NCBI GenBank assembly: GCA_002840905.1
Contig: PHDD01000012.1
Span: 80,144-144,143, forward strand
Length of the DNA stretch: 64,000 bases
Direction: 5' to 3'
Origin: Bacteroidetes bacterium HGW-Bacteroidetes-4
GTDB lineage: Bacteria; Bacteroidota; Bacteroidia; Bacteroidales; SZUA-534
Below the pieces are notes generated by a model. That model was not told where the DNA came from and did not search any database. It saw only the letters and a list, made by a program, of their open reading frames with translations. Positions 27,039 through 37,452 of this stretch are shown here, piece by piece. The position numbers and the translations under genes are program-made. Every line of letters starts with the position of its first letter. Position 1 is the first letter of the stretch.

Positions 27039-29474
27039 TTAGAAATTGAGGTTTGTATTGATAATTTTTAACAGTTCAATTCGATTGATAGGTTTGGAAA
27101 TAAAATCGGTACAACCAGCTTCTAAACAAACATCACGGTCTTCCTCGGAACTATTGGCGGTTTGCGCAATAATAGGCTTGTAGAATCCCAGTAAGCGAAT
27201 TTTTTTGGTAGCTTCAATTCCGTCGAGCCGTGGAAGCCTGATATCCATTAGAATAAGATCGATATCGGGGTGCAACCTGACTTTGTTTAATGCTTCGAAT
27301 CCATCAGTGGCATGAATAATTTTTGCATTACTGGGCAAGAGCAATGTATCTAAATAAGACTGATTAACTGAGTCGTCTTCAACAATCAGAATTTTTTTAT
27401 CGTTCCATTGCAAATCAAAACTCAGCTCGTCTGCTTGATTGTTTTTTTCCAATGATAATGCTGGCTCATAAGGAATGGTAAAATAAAATGTAGTTCCTTT
27501 TTGAGGTTCTGAATCAAGCCAAATAGTTCCCCCCATTAATTCAACAAACCCTTTGCAGATAGGCAAACCAAGACCAGCTCCCTCAAAATTCCGGGCATAG
27601 CCTTCTTCGGCCTGACCAAAACGTTCAAAAATTAAGCGATGCTTCGATTTAGGAATGCCAATCCCCGTATCTTTAACATGAAAGACAATGTTTGTGCCTT
27701 CTATCTCATAGCCCAATTCGATGAAGCCATTGTAAGTGAATTTTAAAGCGTTGTTTAACAGGTTGGTAATAACCTGTTGAATTCGGGAACTATCGCAATG
27801 TATAAATGCTTGACTTCCTTTTATGGGCAATAGGGTTTTAATCTCGACTTCAGATTCGTTAAAAAAATTGGGAGGCAGGGTTTGCAGCGCATCCAGTATG
27901 AGTTGGTTCAAATCGTAATCGTTTTTATTGATTTTGAGCTGTCCCACTTCAATTTTCGATAAATCGAGAATGTTGTTAATAATATTCAGCAATTGATTGC
28001 TCGATTTAAATATTACATCAAGGAATTGTTTTTGTTTATCGGGTGGTTGTTCTGTATTTCGCAGCAATTCGGTATAACCGGTTATTGCATTCATGGGCGA
28101 ACGTATTTCGTGGCTCATGTTTGCCAAAAAAGCCGATTTGAGTTTGTTGTTTTCTTCAGCTTCGTTTTTTGCTTTAATTAATTCACGCTCAATATTTAAT
28201 CGATAAATACTTAGTGCAAAAACGCTGGCTAGTTGTTTAAGAACTACTATATCGTGTTCCATGTAGGGTCTGTCGCTTCCGCTGACATATATTTGGCCAA
28301 TGAGTTCGTTATTAAAAGTAGCTGGCACCAGTAAGCAATTTTCGCGGGTCATGCTGCATTCAAAAATTTTATTCTCGGCCAAAAAATCTTTTAAATGGTT
28401 CGATATAAAAGGAACTTTTTTTGCCTGCATGCGATTAATCAGACAGTTGTATTTTTTATCGTTTAAACAGGGTTCGTGATCTTCGGTAATGGCTTTAAGC
28501 GAATAGTTTTCAGAAACCTGCCATTCCAATTGTTTGGTTTCGGTATTTAGCGAAGAAACAAATCCGGTGGAACTTTTAGTGATGGAAAGTGCAGTTGATA
28601 GAATTTTTTTTGCAATATTTTCTTCTGATAATTCGGGCAACAAAATGGTTTGACTAATTTCAGCCAGTACTTTATTAATGGTAGCCTCTTTTTTTAAGGC
28701 TTTTTCTATGTTTTTGCTTTCGGTAATATCGCGGTAGGTAATTACTGCACCTTCCAGTTGGTTTTTATTGTCGAAAACGGGAAATGTAACCGATAAAATA
28801 CTTGGTCCGTTTTTTATCGTGCGCACTGTTCGATGCGGAATGCTCGATTCCAAAACAATTTTAAGGGAACAATTTAAACAAGGATTATCCATGTTATGGA
28901 TAACTTTGTGGCATTTCTGACCTGACAAATCATTATTGTATAGTGGATATTGTTCTTTAAACTTATTGTTGGCATATTTAATTTTAAAGTCGGGACCAAT
29001 AAAAACGGCACTGTCAATCATGCTGTCGATAAACTGCATTTTTTCCTGTTCTGCTTTTAAAAGAGCTTCTTTAACCGTTTTTATTTCACTGATATCGCTT
29101 ATGAAACCCTGTAAGAGGATTTGCTTGTTGTTTAAAACCAGTACATTTCCCTTAAGTTGCAGCCAAAAAGTATTACCGTTGGTTCCAATTGCTGGCCATT
29201 CAAAACTAAACTTAGGTGAAGGGTTTTTAGTAAAGTTTTTAATAAACGGCTTAACGTATTCTTTATTAAAACTTTCGAGAAAATTAGGAGTATTGTTTAT
29301 TTGTTCGAGGTCAAATAAAAAAAATGTTGGTTGAGAATTGTAAAAATAGTTTTCGCCGGTTGTCAGGTTCCAGTCAAAACGAACCAATCCGCTTTGTTGC
29401 CATAGTTGTACATCGGATTCGGACAGGGTTCGTATTGTTTTTTTCATTAATGTTTCGGATTCAGGGTTTTTCAA
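27039..29474 (-). CDS. Hybrid sensor histidine kinase / response regulator (PAS-PAS-GAF-HisKA-HATPase-REC)
   Basis: H-box FLANMSHEIRSPMNAITGY. ATPase DTGIGIP and GAGLGLPICKGF. Intact receiver KILIVEDDSVNQ...DLILMDIRLPRLDG...KPIIAQTA. Confidence 0.9.
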   Translation of the reverse strand: MKNPESETLMKKTIRTLSESDVQLWQQSGLVRFDWNLTTGENYFYNSQPTFFLFDLEQINNTPNFLESFNKEYVKPFIKNFTKNPSPKFSFEWPAIGTNGNTFWLQLKGNVLVLNNKQILLQGFISDISEIKTVKEALLKAEQEKMQFIDSMIDSAVFIGPDFKIKYANNKFKEQYPLYNNDLSGQKCHKVIHNMDNPCLNCSLKIVLESSIPHRTVRTIKNGPSILSVTFPVFDNKNQLEGAVITYRDITESKNIEKALKKEATINKVLAEISQTILLPELSEENIAKKILSTALSITKSSTGFVSSLNTETKQLEWQVSENYSLKAITEDHEPCLNDKKYNCLINRMQAKKVPFISNHLKDFLAENKIFECSMTRENCLLVPATFNNELIGQIYVSGSDRPYMEHDIVVLKQLASVFALSIYRLNIERELIKAKNEAEENNKLKSAFLANMSHEIRSPMNAITGYTELLRNTEQPPDKQKQFLDVIFKSSNQLLNIINNILDLSKIEVGQLKINKNDYDLNQLILDALQTLPPNFFNESEVEIKTLLPIKGSQAFIHCDSSRIQQVITNLLNNALKFTYNGFIELGYEIEGTNIVFHVKDTGIGIPKSKHRLIFERFGQAEEGYARNFEGAGLGLPICKGFVELMGGTIWLDSEPQKGTTFYFTIPYEPALSLEKNNQADELSFDLQWNDKKILIVEDDSVNQSYLDTLLLPSNAKIIHATDGFEALNKVRLHPDIDLILMDIRLPRLDGIEATKKIRLLGFYKPIIAQTANSSEEDRDVCLEAGCTDFISKPINRIELLKIINTNLNF

Positions 29475-29513
29475 AGCTAAACGTATCCAAAAATAATTAG
29501 TTTCTTCGAATAA

Positions 29514-31550
29514 TTAATCCATATGTTCTAATTTTAATCGGGTGGGTTGGTAAGGAATGGTAAAATAAATACTGGAACCCATTCCCTGATAGGATTTTAT
29601 CCAGATTCTACCCCCCATCAATTCAACCAGACCTCTCGAAATGGGTAATCCAAGTCCGGTACCTCCCGTATTAATTGATATTGCCGGATTGCTTTGTACA
29701 AAACGATCGAAAATGTGTTTTTGATATTCAACAGGAATTCCGTCGCCGGTATCCTTTACATAAAACTCAATGTGTTGATTGTTTTCAATAGAATAGCCCA
29801 ACTCTACAAAACCTTTTTGTGTAAAGTTTAGTGCATTATCAATCAGGTTTATCAAAACCTGTTTAAGTCTCGATTCGTCGGCATTAATGTAGGTAAGCAG
29901 TTTATCGGTAAAAGGAATAATGCGCAATTCGAGTAAAGGGTTTTTTGCAAATGTTGGGGCAAAGTGTCTTTCAATATCTTCAAATAGTTCATTTATTGAA
30001 ACTTCGCGGTTAAACAATTGTAATTGCCTGGTCTCAAGTTTCGAAATATCGATAATATTATTCAACAGGGATAAGAGTTGATTGCTGCTTTTATAAATAA
30101 TTTCGAGATACTGATGTTTTTCAGAATCTGAAACCGTATTATTGTAAAGCAATTCAGCAAAGCCTGTTATACCATTCATGGGAGTCCTGATTTCATGGCT
30201 TACGTTGGCCAAAAATGCGGTTTTAAGTTTGTCGTTTTCTTCGGCTTTTTCTTTGGCTTTTATCAGTTCTTCTTCCACTTGTTTTTTTTGCGAAATATCC
30301 TGAATAATTCCAACCATAACCACCGGTTCTCCATTGTTGTCAACTTTGGTAACAATGCTCCAGTCGTTTATCCATTTGTAAGAACCATTCTTTGCTTTTA
30401 CCCTGTATTCCAGTGCATAAAAGTTTTGTTCACCCACGAGACACGATTCCAGGGTACTGAAATAATTGGCCATATCGGATGGATGCAGGTTATCTTTTAG
30501 CCAACCGGGAATACGGTTTATGGTATTGTTTGAGTATCCAAAAATATTGGCATAGCGTTCGTCAACGAAGTATTTCTGTTCCCGCAAATCGAACTCCCAG
30601 GTTCCCAGATTTCCGGCCAGCAGCGCAAACTGAAGCCGTTTTTCGCTTTGCTTTAAACGCTTAAATGTTACGTGTTGCTTTATAGTGTTACTAATTATAA
30701 GGCTGGTCATTTTTAAGATATGAATATCAGAAAAATCCCATTTTTGATTCATTTCAAAGCGGATGAGAACCAAAGCACCAATAGTTTGCCGGTCGTTTTG
30801 TATACCTGCAATAGCAAGCGATGAAGCCTGCTGCTCTTGTAATTTTTTTTTGATTCCATTAATTAACGGAGGAGTCTCGTCCAGGTTATGATAATATACC
30901 AGTTTTTGTTCTTTAATTACTTCTATCAGGTAATTTACCTCTTTTGGAGCCAACATATCGATAAATGGTTTGTTGGAGTGGTCGCCCAAACGGAATTCTT
31001 CAGAGACGGAGTTATTATCAATTCTTAACAGATATACCAATCCGGCCTGGCACAGTTCACCCACTTCGCTCATGGTCGATAACATGGCATTTTCGTAATC
31101 GTCGCTGTTTACAAAGCGTGAAGCAATTTCCGATATCTTACGTTCGAACAGCAGTTCTTTCTCTTTTAAGATATTATACTTTACTTTATCGGTAACTTCC
31201 TGAACGGTTCCCGCTATATAGGGCATTTGTTTGTCGTAAGTTAAATAGCAATTTAACTCGAAATGCCTGATGCGCTTATCAACCATTTGAAACGAAAATA
31301 TTTTCGATGCCGGAGGATTTCCTTTCTTAACCAGATGGATGTATTTTAAAAGCTCCAGGTAATCAACTTTTAAGTGGGTTGCTTTTATGTACTTTATGAT
31401 GGCTTTGGTGGTAATTTCCTCACTTATGAAGCTGAGAATGGTGTTAACTCCTTCAGAAAACCGGGCGGTGTTTTGTTTTGGCCACCATTCCCAATATCCA
31501 AGACTAGCTAATTGCTCAATATTTTTGTTTTGGATAATTAATCTATCCAT
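29514..31550 (-). CDS. PAS/GAF sensor histidine kinase (no receiver)
   Basis: H-box FLANVSHEIRTPMNGITGF. ATPase DTGDGIP and GTGLGLPISRGL. PAS- and GAF-like regions lie at the N-terminus. Confidence 0.9.
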   Translation of the reverse strand: MDRLIIQNKNIEQLASLGYWEWWPKQNTARFSEGVNTILSFISEEITTKAIIKYIKATHLKVDYLELLKYIHLVKKGNPPASKIFSFQMVDKRIRHFELNCYLTYDKQMPYIAGTVQEVTDKVKYNILKEKELLFERKISEIASRFVNSDDYENAMLSTMSEVGELCQAGLVYLLRIDNNSVSEEFRLGDHSNKPFIDMLAPKEVNYLIEVIKEQKLVYYHNLDETPPLINGIKKKLQEQQASSLAIAGIQNDRQTIGALVLIRFEMNQKWDFSDIHILKMTSLIISNTIKQHVTFKRLKQSEKRLQFALLAGNLGTWEFDLREQKYFVDERYANIFGYSNNTINRIPGWLKDNLHPSDMANYFSTLESCLVGEQNFYALEYRVKAKNGSYKWINDWSIVTKVDNNGEPVVMVGIIQDISQKKQVEEELIKAKEKAEENDKLKTAFLANVSHEIRTPMNGITGFAELLYNNTVSDSEKHQYLEIIYKSSNQLLSLLNNIIDISKLETRQLQLFNREVSINELFEDIERHFAPTFAKNPLLELRIIPFTDKLLTYINADESRLKQVLINLIDNALNFTQKGFVELGYSIENNQHIEFYVKDTGDGIPVEYQKHIFDRFVQSNPAISINTGGTGLGLPISRGLVELMGGRIWIKSYQGMGSSIYFTIPYQPTRLKLEHMD

Positions 31551-31726
31551 ATATACCCTTTAAGAATCCGTACTATTTTTTACAAATTTAATAGTAAAAA
31601 TGACTTTTCAAATTTATGCTAACAAAACTTTCTAAGGCCCTTATGGCAGGAAGAGTTTTAAAATATTTACTTTTAATCGTTATTTTACTGCACTTTAAGC
31701 CTTTGCTAAGTGTAAAACCTGTTCAT

Positions 31727-31773
31727 AAAAAAAGGTTCCTAATCTTTAGTATCAGGAACCTTTTTGTTTTTTT
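31727..31773 (-). terminator. Bidirectional rho-independent terminator after the GT3-GT35 gene
   Basis: An A-run, then GGTTCCT (31734-31740), a 13-nt loop, then AGGAACC (31754-31760) and TTTTTGTTTTTTT. On the minus strand the stem is followed by T7. Confidence 0.75.
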
Positions 31774-31781
31774 CAAATTTA

Positions 31782-34700
31782 TTAAATCCACCGTAAATAG
31801 GCAAAATCCTGCCGGTGTGGGAGTTCCTTATTTTTTGGGAATATACGCAAACCATAATCGTAGGTCCCAGGTTTTTTAAGTTCAAAGTTTATTTCGTAAA
31901 AAGCCAGGGTATCTACTTTTTTTGTTAGTTTAAGTTCCTTAATGTCAATAATTTTTTGACCGCCCTGTAGCGCAAAAACCAATTCTACGCCTAAATCATC
32001 TTCTGACAGTCCTTTTAAGTCGAGTACAACTTCACCACGGTAATTTTCACCCATTTTAAAAGCTGCTTTCATGGTATTGGGAAAATCGACCGAAACCAAA
32101 TCTATTTGATCCCAGGAAGCTCTTATTTTGTTTTTCCATTGCGAAAGTTCCATGGCCAATTTATAGCCATTGGCTTGAATTCGAGTGGTTCGTTTATGGA
32201 GTTTAAGGTAAAATTTATTGATGTAATCATCGAGCATGCGTTTGGTGGTAAAGTGCGGTGCAATTCCGGCAATCGAACGTTTAATGTATTGTACCCATTC
32301 AACAGGAATATCGTTTTTATCGCGGGTGTAGTATAAAGGCGTAATTTCGTTTTCAAGAATACTATAAATGGTAGCTGCATCAAGTTCATTCTGGAAGTCC
32401 TGATTTGCGTAGGTACGTTTTTCGGGTAAAGCCCAACCGGCTTTTTCTTTGTAGCCTTCAACCCACCATCCGTCGAGAACGCTGAAGTTCAGTACGCCAT
32501 TCATTTCGGCTTTTTGTCCGCTGGTTCCGCTGGCCTCTAACGGACGGGTAGGATTATTTAGCCAAATATCCACACCTCGTACCAAACGTTTAGCTAATTC
32601 CATGTCGTAGTTTTCAAGGAAAAGTATTTTTCCGATAAACTCAGGACGACGCGAAATTTCAATAATATGTTTTATCAAATCCTGGCCTGCTTTATCGTTC
32701 GGATGTGCTTTTCCGGCAAAAAGAAATTGAACCGGGCGATCCGGATTATTGGCTATGCGGGCCAAACGTTCAATATCACTAAATATCAGATGGGCTCGTT
32801 TGTAAGTGGCAAACCTTCGGGCAAAACCAATGGTTAAGGTTTTTTCATTCACCGAGTTTAAAATATCAACAATTAGTTTAGGATTTTCGTGCCGGCGTAT
32901 AAATGATTCGTGGTACCTTTCTTTAACATAGTCAATTAAGCGTTTTCGGTACTGGTTCCGGGTTTCCCATATTGTTTTATCATCAACTTCGAATATTTTT
33001 TCCCAGTACGATGGATTCGATAAATCGTTCAGAAATCCTTCGCCAAACTGCGATTCATATAGCTTCCGCCATTTACTGGCGGTCCAGGTAGGGTAATGAA
33101 CCCCGTTGGTCACATAGTCAATATGTAGTTCACTGGCAGAAAAACCTTTCCACATGTATTGAAACATTTCTTTCGACACATCGCCGTGGAGCCGGCTAAC
33201 TCCATTCATTTCCTGCGAAGTTTTGGTGGCCAGCACACTCATTGAAAATTTTTCGCCATGGGCATTATCCACACCCCGGCCTAAATTGAGGAAGGTTTCC
33301 CAATCAATTTTCAAACGTTCGGGCAAATGGCGCATGTAGGTGCGAATCAATTCTTCATCGAATGCATCGTGGCCGGCTGGAACTGGTGTATGAGTGGTGA
33401 ACAGGGAACTGGAGCGAACCACTTCCATAGCTTCATCAAAGGTTAGGTTTTCGTGTTGAATCAGGTCCGAAAGTCGCTCTACGTTTATCATAGCAGCATG
33501 ACCTTCGTTGCAATGATAAATATCGGGATTCAGGTTTAATTCTCCTAAAGCCCTGATGCCACCAAAACCTAATATAATTTCTTGCTTTAAACGGTTTTCC
33601 CAGTCTCCTCCATAAAGCTGGTGGCTAATGGTGCGGTCTTCGGGGCTGTTTTCCAGGTAATCGGTATCGAGTAGAAAAAGAGGAATTCGACCTACCATTA
33701 CTTTCCAGATGCGCGCTTTTACAATACGTCCGGGTAGATTTACCGATACGGTTACCAGTTGTTTTAATTCATCGTAAATGGGCTCAATGGGCAGGTCGGC
33801 AAATTTTTGTGGTACAAGACTGGCTTGCTGCTCACCCGAAACAGAAAGGTGTTGGGTAAAGTATCCGTACTTATACAGAAAACCAACAGCAATCATTGGA
33901 ATGTTGCAATCGCTGGCCTCTTTCAGGTAATCGCCTGCCAAAATTCCCAAACCACCGGAATATATTTTAAGGTTGTCGGTAAGCCCGTATTCCATGCTAA
34001 AATAGCCAATCTTAGGCATGTTTTTTTGGACCGGTGTGTCCATGTAGTTCCTGAAATCGGTATATACTTTATCAAGATGTTTCAGAAAGCTTTTATCTTT
34101 GGTTAACTCTTCAAAGCGGTCCGATGATACCGTTTTTAATAAAACAACCGGGTTTTTCTGGCACTTTTTCCAGGTATCGGGTGACACACTTTCAAAAAGT
34201 TCCATGGCCTCATAATTCCAACACCACCATAGGTTCATCGACAACTCATCGAGTTGTTTGAGTGCTCCCGGAAGGTTGGAATGAATTATCATTTTTTTCC
34301 AGATTGGTTCGTTACTGGTTTGTTTGTTTTCCATTGGTTTATATGCTATTTTGGATAAATAATTCGTTTTTTCACGTTTTGATGCGGTTTGAGTTGCTTT
34401 CTCGTAAGCATCGTAATAATATTTACTAAAATTTTGCCATACGGTATCGGTTGTAAGGGCTTTGGCTTTAATGCTTATGGTTTTTCGTTCATTTTTTGAT
34501 AAATTACTCATGCTAAGTGTCCAGGATTCAATTTGTTCCACTACCTGGTTGTAATTGTCTTCGGTTCGTTTAACCACACCCAGACCATCCATCAAATCGG
34601 TCGATTTTTTTTGCATCCATTGCCCAAAACCCGAAAGACTGGTGGTAACTGTAGGAACTCCAACTGCCAGACTTTCCATGGGGGTATATCCCCAGGGTTC

Positions 34701-35993
34701 GTAATACGAGGGAAAGGCTGACATATGGAATCCGCTTAACAAATGATAATAATCGGTATTAAAAATTCCGTCGTTTCCGTTGAGGTACACGGGTGCAAAA
34801 ATTACTTTTACCTTTTGTTCCGGTTTATTCCACAGATTCAATTGTTGGCATCGATCAATAATGGGATCGTATCGGTTTGGGTTTAAGCTGTGTGTGGTAA
34901 AAGGATTGGGTAAGGGTTGAAACTGCCCTGATTTCAGGTTTTCCAGCAATTCTTTACGTGGGCCGTATTGTTCATTCGGAACTAAAATAAAAGCCACTAC
35001 CTGATTGTTTAATGCCGGGTTTTGATTTAATTTTCCCAGAGAATCTAAAAAAACATCAATACCTTTATTTTTAAATTCATACCGTCCGCTGGTGGCTATA
35101 AAAAGTGTGTTTTCGTTGCAACTGCCTCCGGTTAAAGCATTGGTAACTTTGCAAAGTATAGTGCGTGCTGAATTAATAGTACTTTCAGTTATTTTTTCCA
35201 GATGCTCCAAGGCAAATCCATTGGGAGTAATAAAGTCGGGCTCATTATTCAGCAAAAATTCACATTCGTTGGCTGTAACTTTACTAACGGTAGTAAATAC
35301 ATCGGACAGAATGGAAGCGTTTTTTTCTAAGGAATGTTTGGCCGAAACGCCAATATCTTTGGCTTTTTGGTCGGGATCGAACGAGCCGATTGAACTGTAA
35401 AGTGGCAAACCATTTCCAGCTATTGAACGGCCTAGAACTGTAGCATGTGTGGTAAAAACTGTGGCTATTTGTGGTGCATTTTCTTTGAGAAAAAGCACGC
35501 CGGCTCCGGTCATCCACTCATGGAATTGAGCAACCACTTTTTTATCGATCAGATAAAATTCTGAGAAGCTTTTAATAACCATTCCGGTAGCATATCCAAA
35601 TAAGGCAGATTCAACATAATCCCATTCTCCGCTTAGTGAATCAAGTTTAAAAACTTCCCATAAGTGTGTAAATATTTCATCTTTTTGGGGGATTAATGCA
35701 GTGAAATCGACCAGAAGGGCTTTGGGTTTGTTGGGTACATTCCAATATCCGGTTCTAAATCGTACTTCATGGCAATTTGCAGTAGCTTTCCAGTCCTGAA
35801 AAAGGTTTTTATCTTCAATAAATTCAGGATGAGTTTGTTTGTTGCTAAGAATATCGGGGCCAATAAATATCATGTTTTCACCAAACACCTGATAGTATGA
35901 GGGTAGTTTTGAAGTGATTACTGTATGAATTCCACCAACTTTATTGCATACTTCCCAACTTGTTTCAAATAAAAACATTCCGTTCTCTTCCAT
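31782..35993 (-). CDS. Fusion protein: GT3 (eukaryote-type) glycogen synthase domain plus GT35 alpha-glucan phosphorylase domain
   Basis: N-terminus: MFLFETSWEVCNKVGGIHTVITSK (GT3 hallmark). C-terminal ~830 aa: GYFSMEYGL..LKIYSGGLGILAGDYLKEASD and the PLP-Lys motif EASGTSGQKAEMNG. It is one uninterrupted 1403-codon ORF. Confidence 0.9.
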   Translation of the reverse strand: MEENGMFLFETSWEVCNKVGGIHTVITSKLPSYYQVFGENMIFIGPDILSNKQTHPEFIEDKNLFQDWKATANCHEVRFRTGYWNVPNKPKALLVDFTALIPQKDEIFTHLWEVFKLDSLSGEWDYVESALFGYATGMVIKSFSEFYLIDKKVVAQFHEWMTGAGVLFLKENAPQIATVFTTHATVLGRSIAGNGLPLYSSIGSFDPDQKAKDIGVSAKHSLEKNASILSDVFTTVSKVTANECEFLLNNEPDFITPNGFALEHLEKITESTINSARTILCKVTNALTGGSCNENTLFIATSGRYEFKNKGIDVFLDSLGKLNQNPALNNQVVAFILVPNEQYGPRKELLENLKSGQFQPLPNPFTTHSLNPNRYDPIIDRCQQLNLWNKPEQKVKVIFAPVYLNGNDGIFNTDYYHLLSGFHMSAFPSYYEPWGYTPMESLAVGVPTVTTSLSGFGQWMQKKSTDLMDGLGVVKRTEDNYNQVVEQIESWTLSMSNLSKNERKTISIKAKALTTDTVWQNFSKYYYDAYEKATQTASKREKTNYLSKIAYKPMENKQTSNEPIWKKMIIHSNLPGALKQLDELSMNLWWCWNYEAMELFESVSPDTWKKCQKNPVVLLKTVSSDRFEELTKDKSFLKHLDKVYTDFRNYMDTPVQKNMPKIGYFSMEYGLTDNLKIYSGGLGILAGDYLKEASDCNIPMIAVGFLYKYGYFTQHLSVSGEQQASLVPQKFADLPIEPIYDELKQLVTVSVNLPGRIVKARIWKVMVGRIPLFLLDTDYLENSPEDRTISHQLYGGDWENRLKQEIILGFGGIRALGELNLNPDIYHCNEGHAAMINVERLSDLIQHENLTFDEAMEVVRSSSLFTTHTPVPAGHDAFDEELIRTYMRHLPERLKIDWETFLNLGRGVDNAHGEKFSMSVLATKTSQEMNGVSRLHGDVSKEMFQYMWKGFSASELHIDYVTNGVHYPTWTASKWRKLYESQFGEGFLNDLSNPSYWEKIFEVDDKTIWETRNQYRKRLIDYVKERYHESFIRRHENPKLIVDILNSVNEKTLTIGFARRFATYKRAHLIFSDIERLARIANNPDRPVQFLFAGKAHPNDKAGQDLIKHIIEISRRPEFIGKILFLENYDMELAKRLVRGVDIWLNNPTRPLEASGTSGQKAEMNGVLNFSVLDGWWVEGYKEKAGWALPEKRTYANQDFQNELDAATIYSILENEITPLYYTRDKNDIPVEWVQYIKRSIAGIAPHFTTKRMLDDYINKFYLKLHKRTTRIQANGYKLAMELSQWKNKIRASWDQIDLVSVDFPNTMKAAFKMGENYRGEVVLDLKGLSEDDLGVELVFALQGGQKIIDIKELKLTKKVDTLAFYEINFELKKPGTYDYGLRIFPKNKELPHRQDFAYLRWI

Positions 35994-36147
35994 AGTTTCA
36001 GGTTTTACTGGTGCAAATTAAATAAATAAAAGTGGTATATAACATGTTTTTGATTTCTGATATCTGGTGTTTATGGTATTTACAAGGGTCGAAAAGCATC
36101 TCTAAGTCATAATGAAAACGATTGTGGTTAATTTAAAAAATTACTGA

Positions 36148-37452
36148 TTAATCAGCTGTTTTTTGTTTTTTCTTTTGTAGTTTTTCCTTTAGTCGTAATA
36201 TTTCTCGATCCTTTTTTTGAATGATATTGAGTAAATATTTGAATTCAGGAATTTGCTTCTCATTGGGTAAGAGCAGGTTTAAACGCAGGTTAAAATCGCT
36301 TAAAATATTCATGTAGTTTATAAACGCTTCATATGGATTTTGGTATGGATTGACATAGGAATGAACCGTACCGTCGGAGAACCATTTGGTACTCATGTAG
36401 TAGAAATGGTCGCTGTTTTGGAGGTAGTTCCAATCCTGATTCAGTTCTAAATCAGTAACTTTTTCCATTTTATCAGCAAGTTTATACAATTTGTTATAAG
36501 CTTCCTGTTGCATGTCGTTTCCGAGCCATGCGGTTAAATCACGTTCTTCGTCGGCCCACGAAATGGGATAGGGAACATTGGCAACGGCCACGGGTTGAAG
36601 TTTTTTAATAAGGTTCGATGGGGTTTCGAAAATAAAACCGGTTTTTTTAAAAAGTATTTCTGGCAGATGTTCCATAAAATCAAAGATTCCGGTTTCAGCC
36701 CATTGGTGTTCGCCTAATGTTTCATAATCCAAAAACAAATTTATTAATTCTTCTTGTGGATTTAGCTCATTGAGCCAGTCAATATATTTATCGGCGGTTA
36801 AGGGATATTTATCCCAATTTTTGTCGGAAAAACGAAAAGCAATATCAACGCTGAGTTTGTAATTGCGCATCAGCACTTTTAATTTGGGTTGAATGGCATT
36901 GTAATATAGAAAATTGGGAGATTTCCATCCCAACACATGTTTGGCTCCTTCGGTAAGCATGCCTTTAAACCCCATTTTATAAACTTCGGCTCCAATGCTA
37001 TCGGAGTATATGAGCTCGGTATTCCGAAACACTTGGGGCTTTTGTCCAAACAAATCCTCGATACGAAGGGTATGTTCCTGAACCTGAGCTCTAAACAAAG
37101 CCATGTTTTGTTGCGAAACCAGGGAGTGTGGATAGGTTTCAGCCAGGAATTCAACATTACCTGTGGCGGCTAATTCCTTAAAAATATCGATAACTTCGGG
37201 AGCATAAAGTTCAAACTGATCGAGTGCGCTGCCTGAAATAGAAAAGCTTATTCTGAATTTATTTCCCCATTTATGTATTAGTTTTAACATTAATTTGCCT
37301 GCGGGCAAATAGCATTTTTGAGCTACGCGACGGAGTATCGATTCATTCAGGTAATCATCGTAATAATAATGGTCGTTCCCAATATCAAAAAAAGGATAAT
37401 TCCTAAAGCGGAACGGTTGATGAACCTGAAAATAAAGGCAAATGTATTTCAT
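36148..37452 (-). CDS. GH57 family glycoside hydrolase
   Basis: N-terminal ICLYFQVHQPFRF (GH57 region I) and 434 aa in length. Its start overlaps the GT4 stop (ATGA). Confidence 0.85.
   Translation of the reverse strand: MKYICLYFQVHQPFRFRNYPFFDIGNDHYYYDDYLNESILRRVAQKCYLPAGKLMLKLIHKWGNKFRISFSISGSALDQFELYAPEVIDIFKELAATGNVEFLAETYPHSLVSQQNMALFRAQVQEHTLRIEDLFGQKPQVFRNTELIYSDSIGAEVYKMGFKGMLTEGAKHVLGWKSPNFLYYNAIQPKLKVLMRNYKLSVDIAFRFSDKNWDKYPLTADKYIDWLNELNPQEELINLFLDYETLGEHQWAETGIFDFMEHLPEILFKKTGFIFETPSNLIKKLQPVAVANVPYPISWADEERDLTAWLGNDMQQEAYNKLYKLADKMEKVTDLELNQDWNYLQNSDHFYYMSTKWFSDGTVHSYVNPYQNPYEAFINYMNILSDFNLRLNLLLPNEKQIPEFKYLLNIIQKKDREILRLKEKLQKKKQKTAD

Noticed and set aside
31616-31879. 87-aa + strand ORF between the kinase and the GT3-GT35 gene
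   Set aside because: It runs through a strong bidirectional terminator hairpin and into the 3' end of the GT3-GT35 gene. Its sequence is implausible.
37449-37451. Genome-wide TGA reassignment. Almost every gene I checked ends in TAA or TAG, and TGA interrupts the heptad ORF at 45778.
   Set aside because: The GT4 gene clearly terminates at a TGA in an ATGA overlap with the GH57 start. All long genes are intact under the standard code with no in-frame TGA. TGA therefore appears to be a rare stop, not a sense codon. Local readthrough at 45778 remains only a hypothesis.
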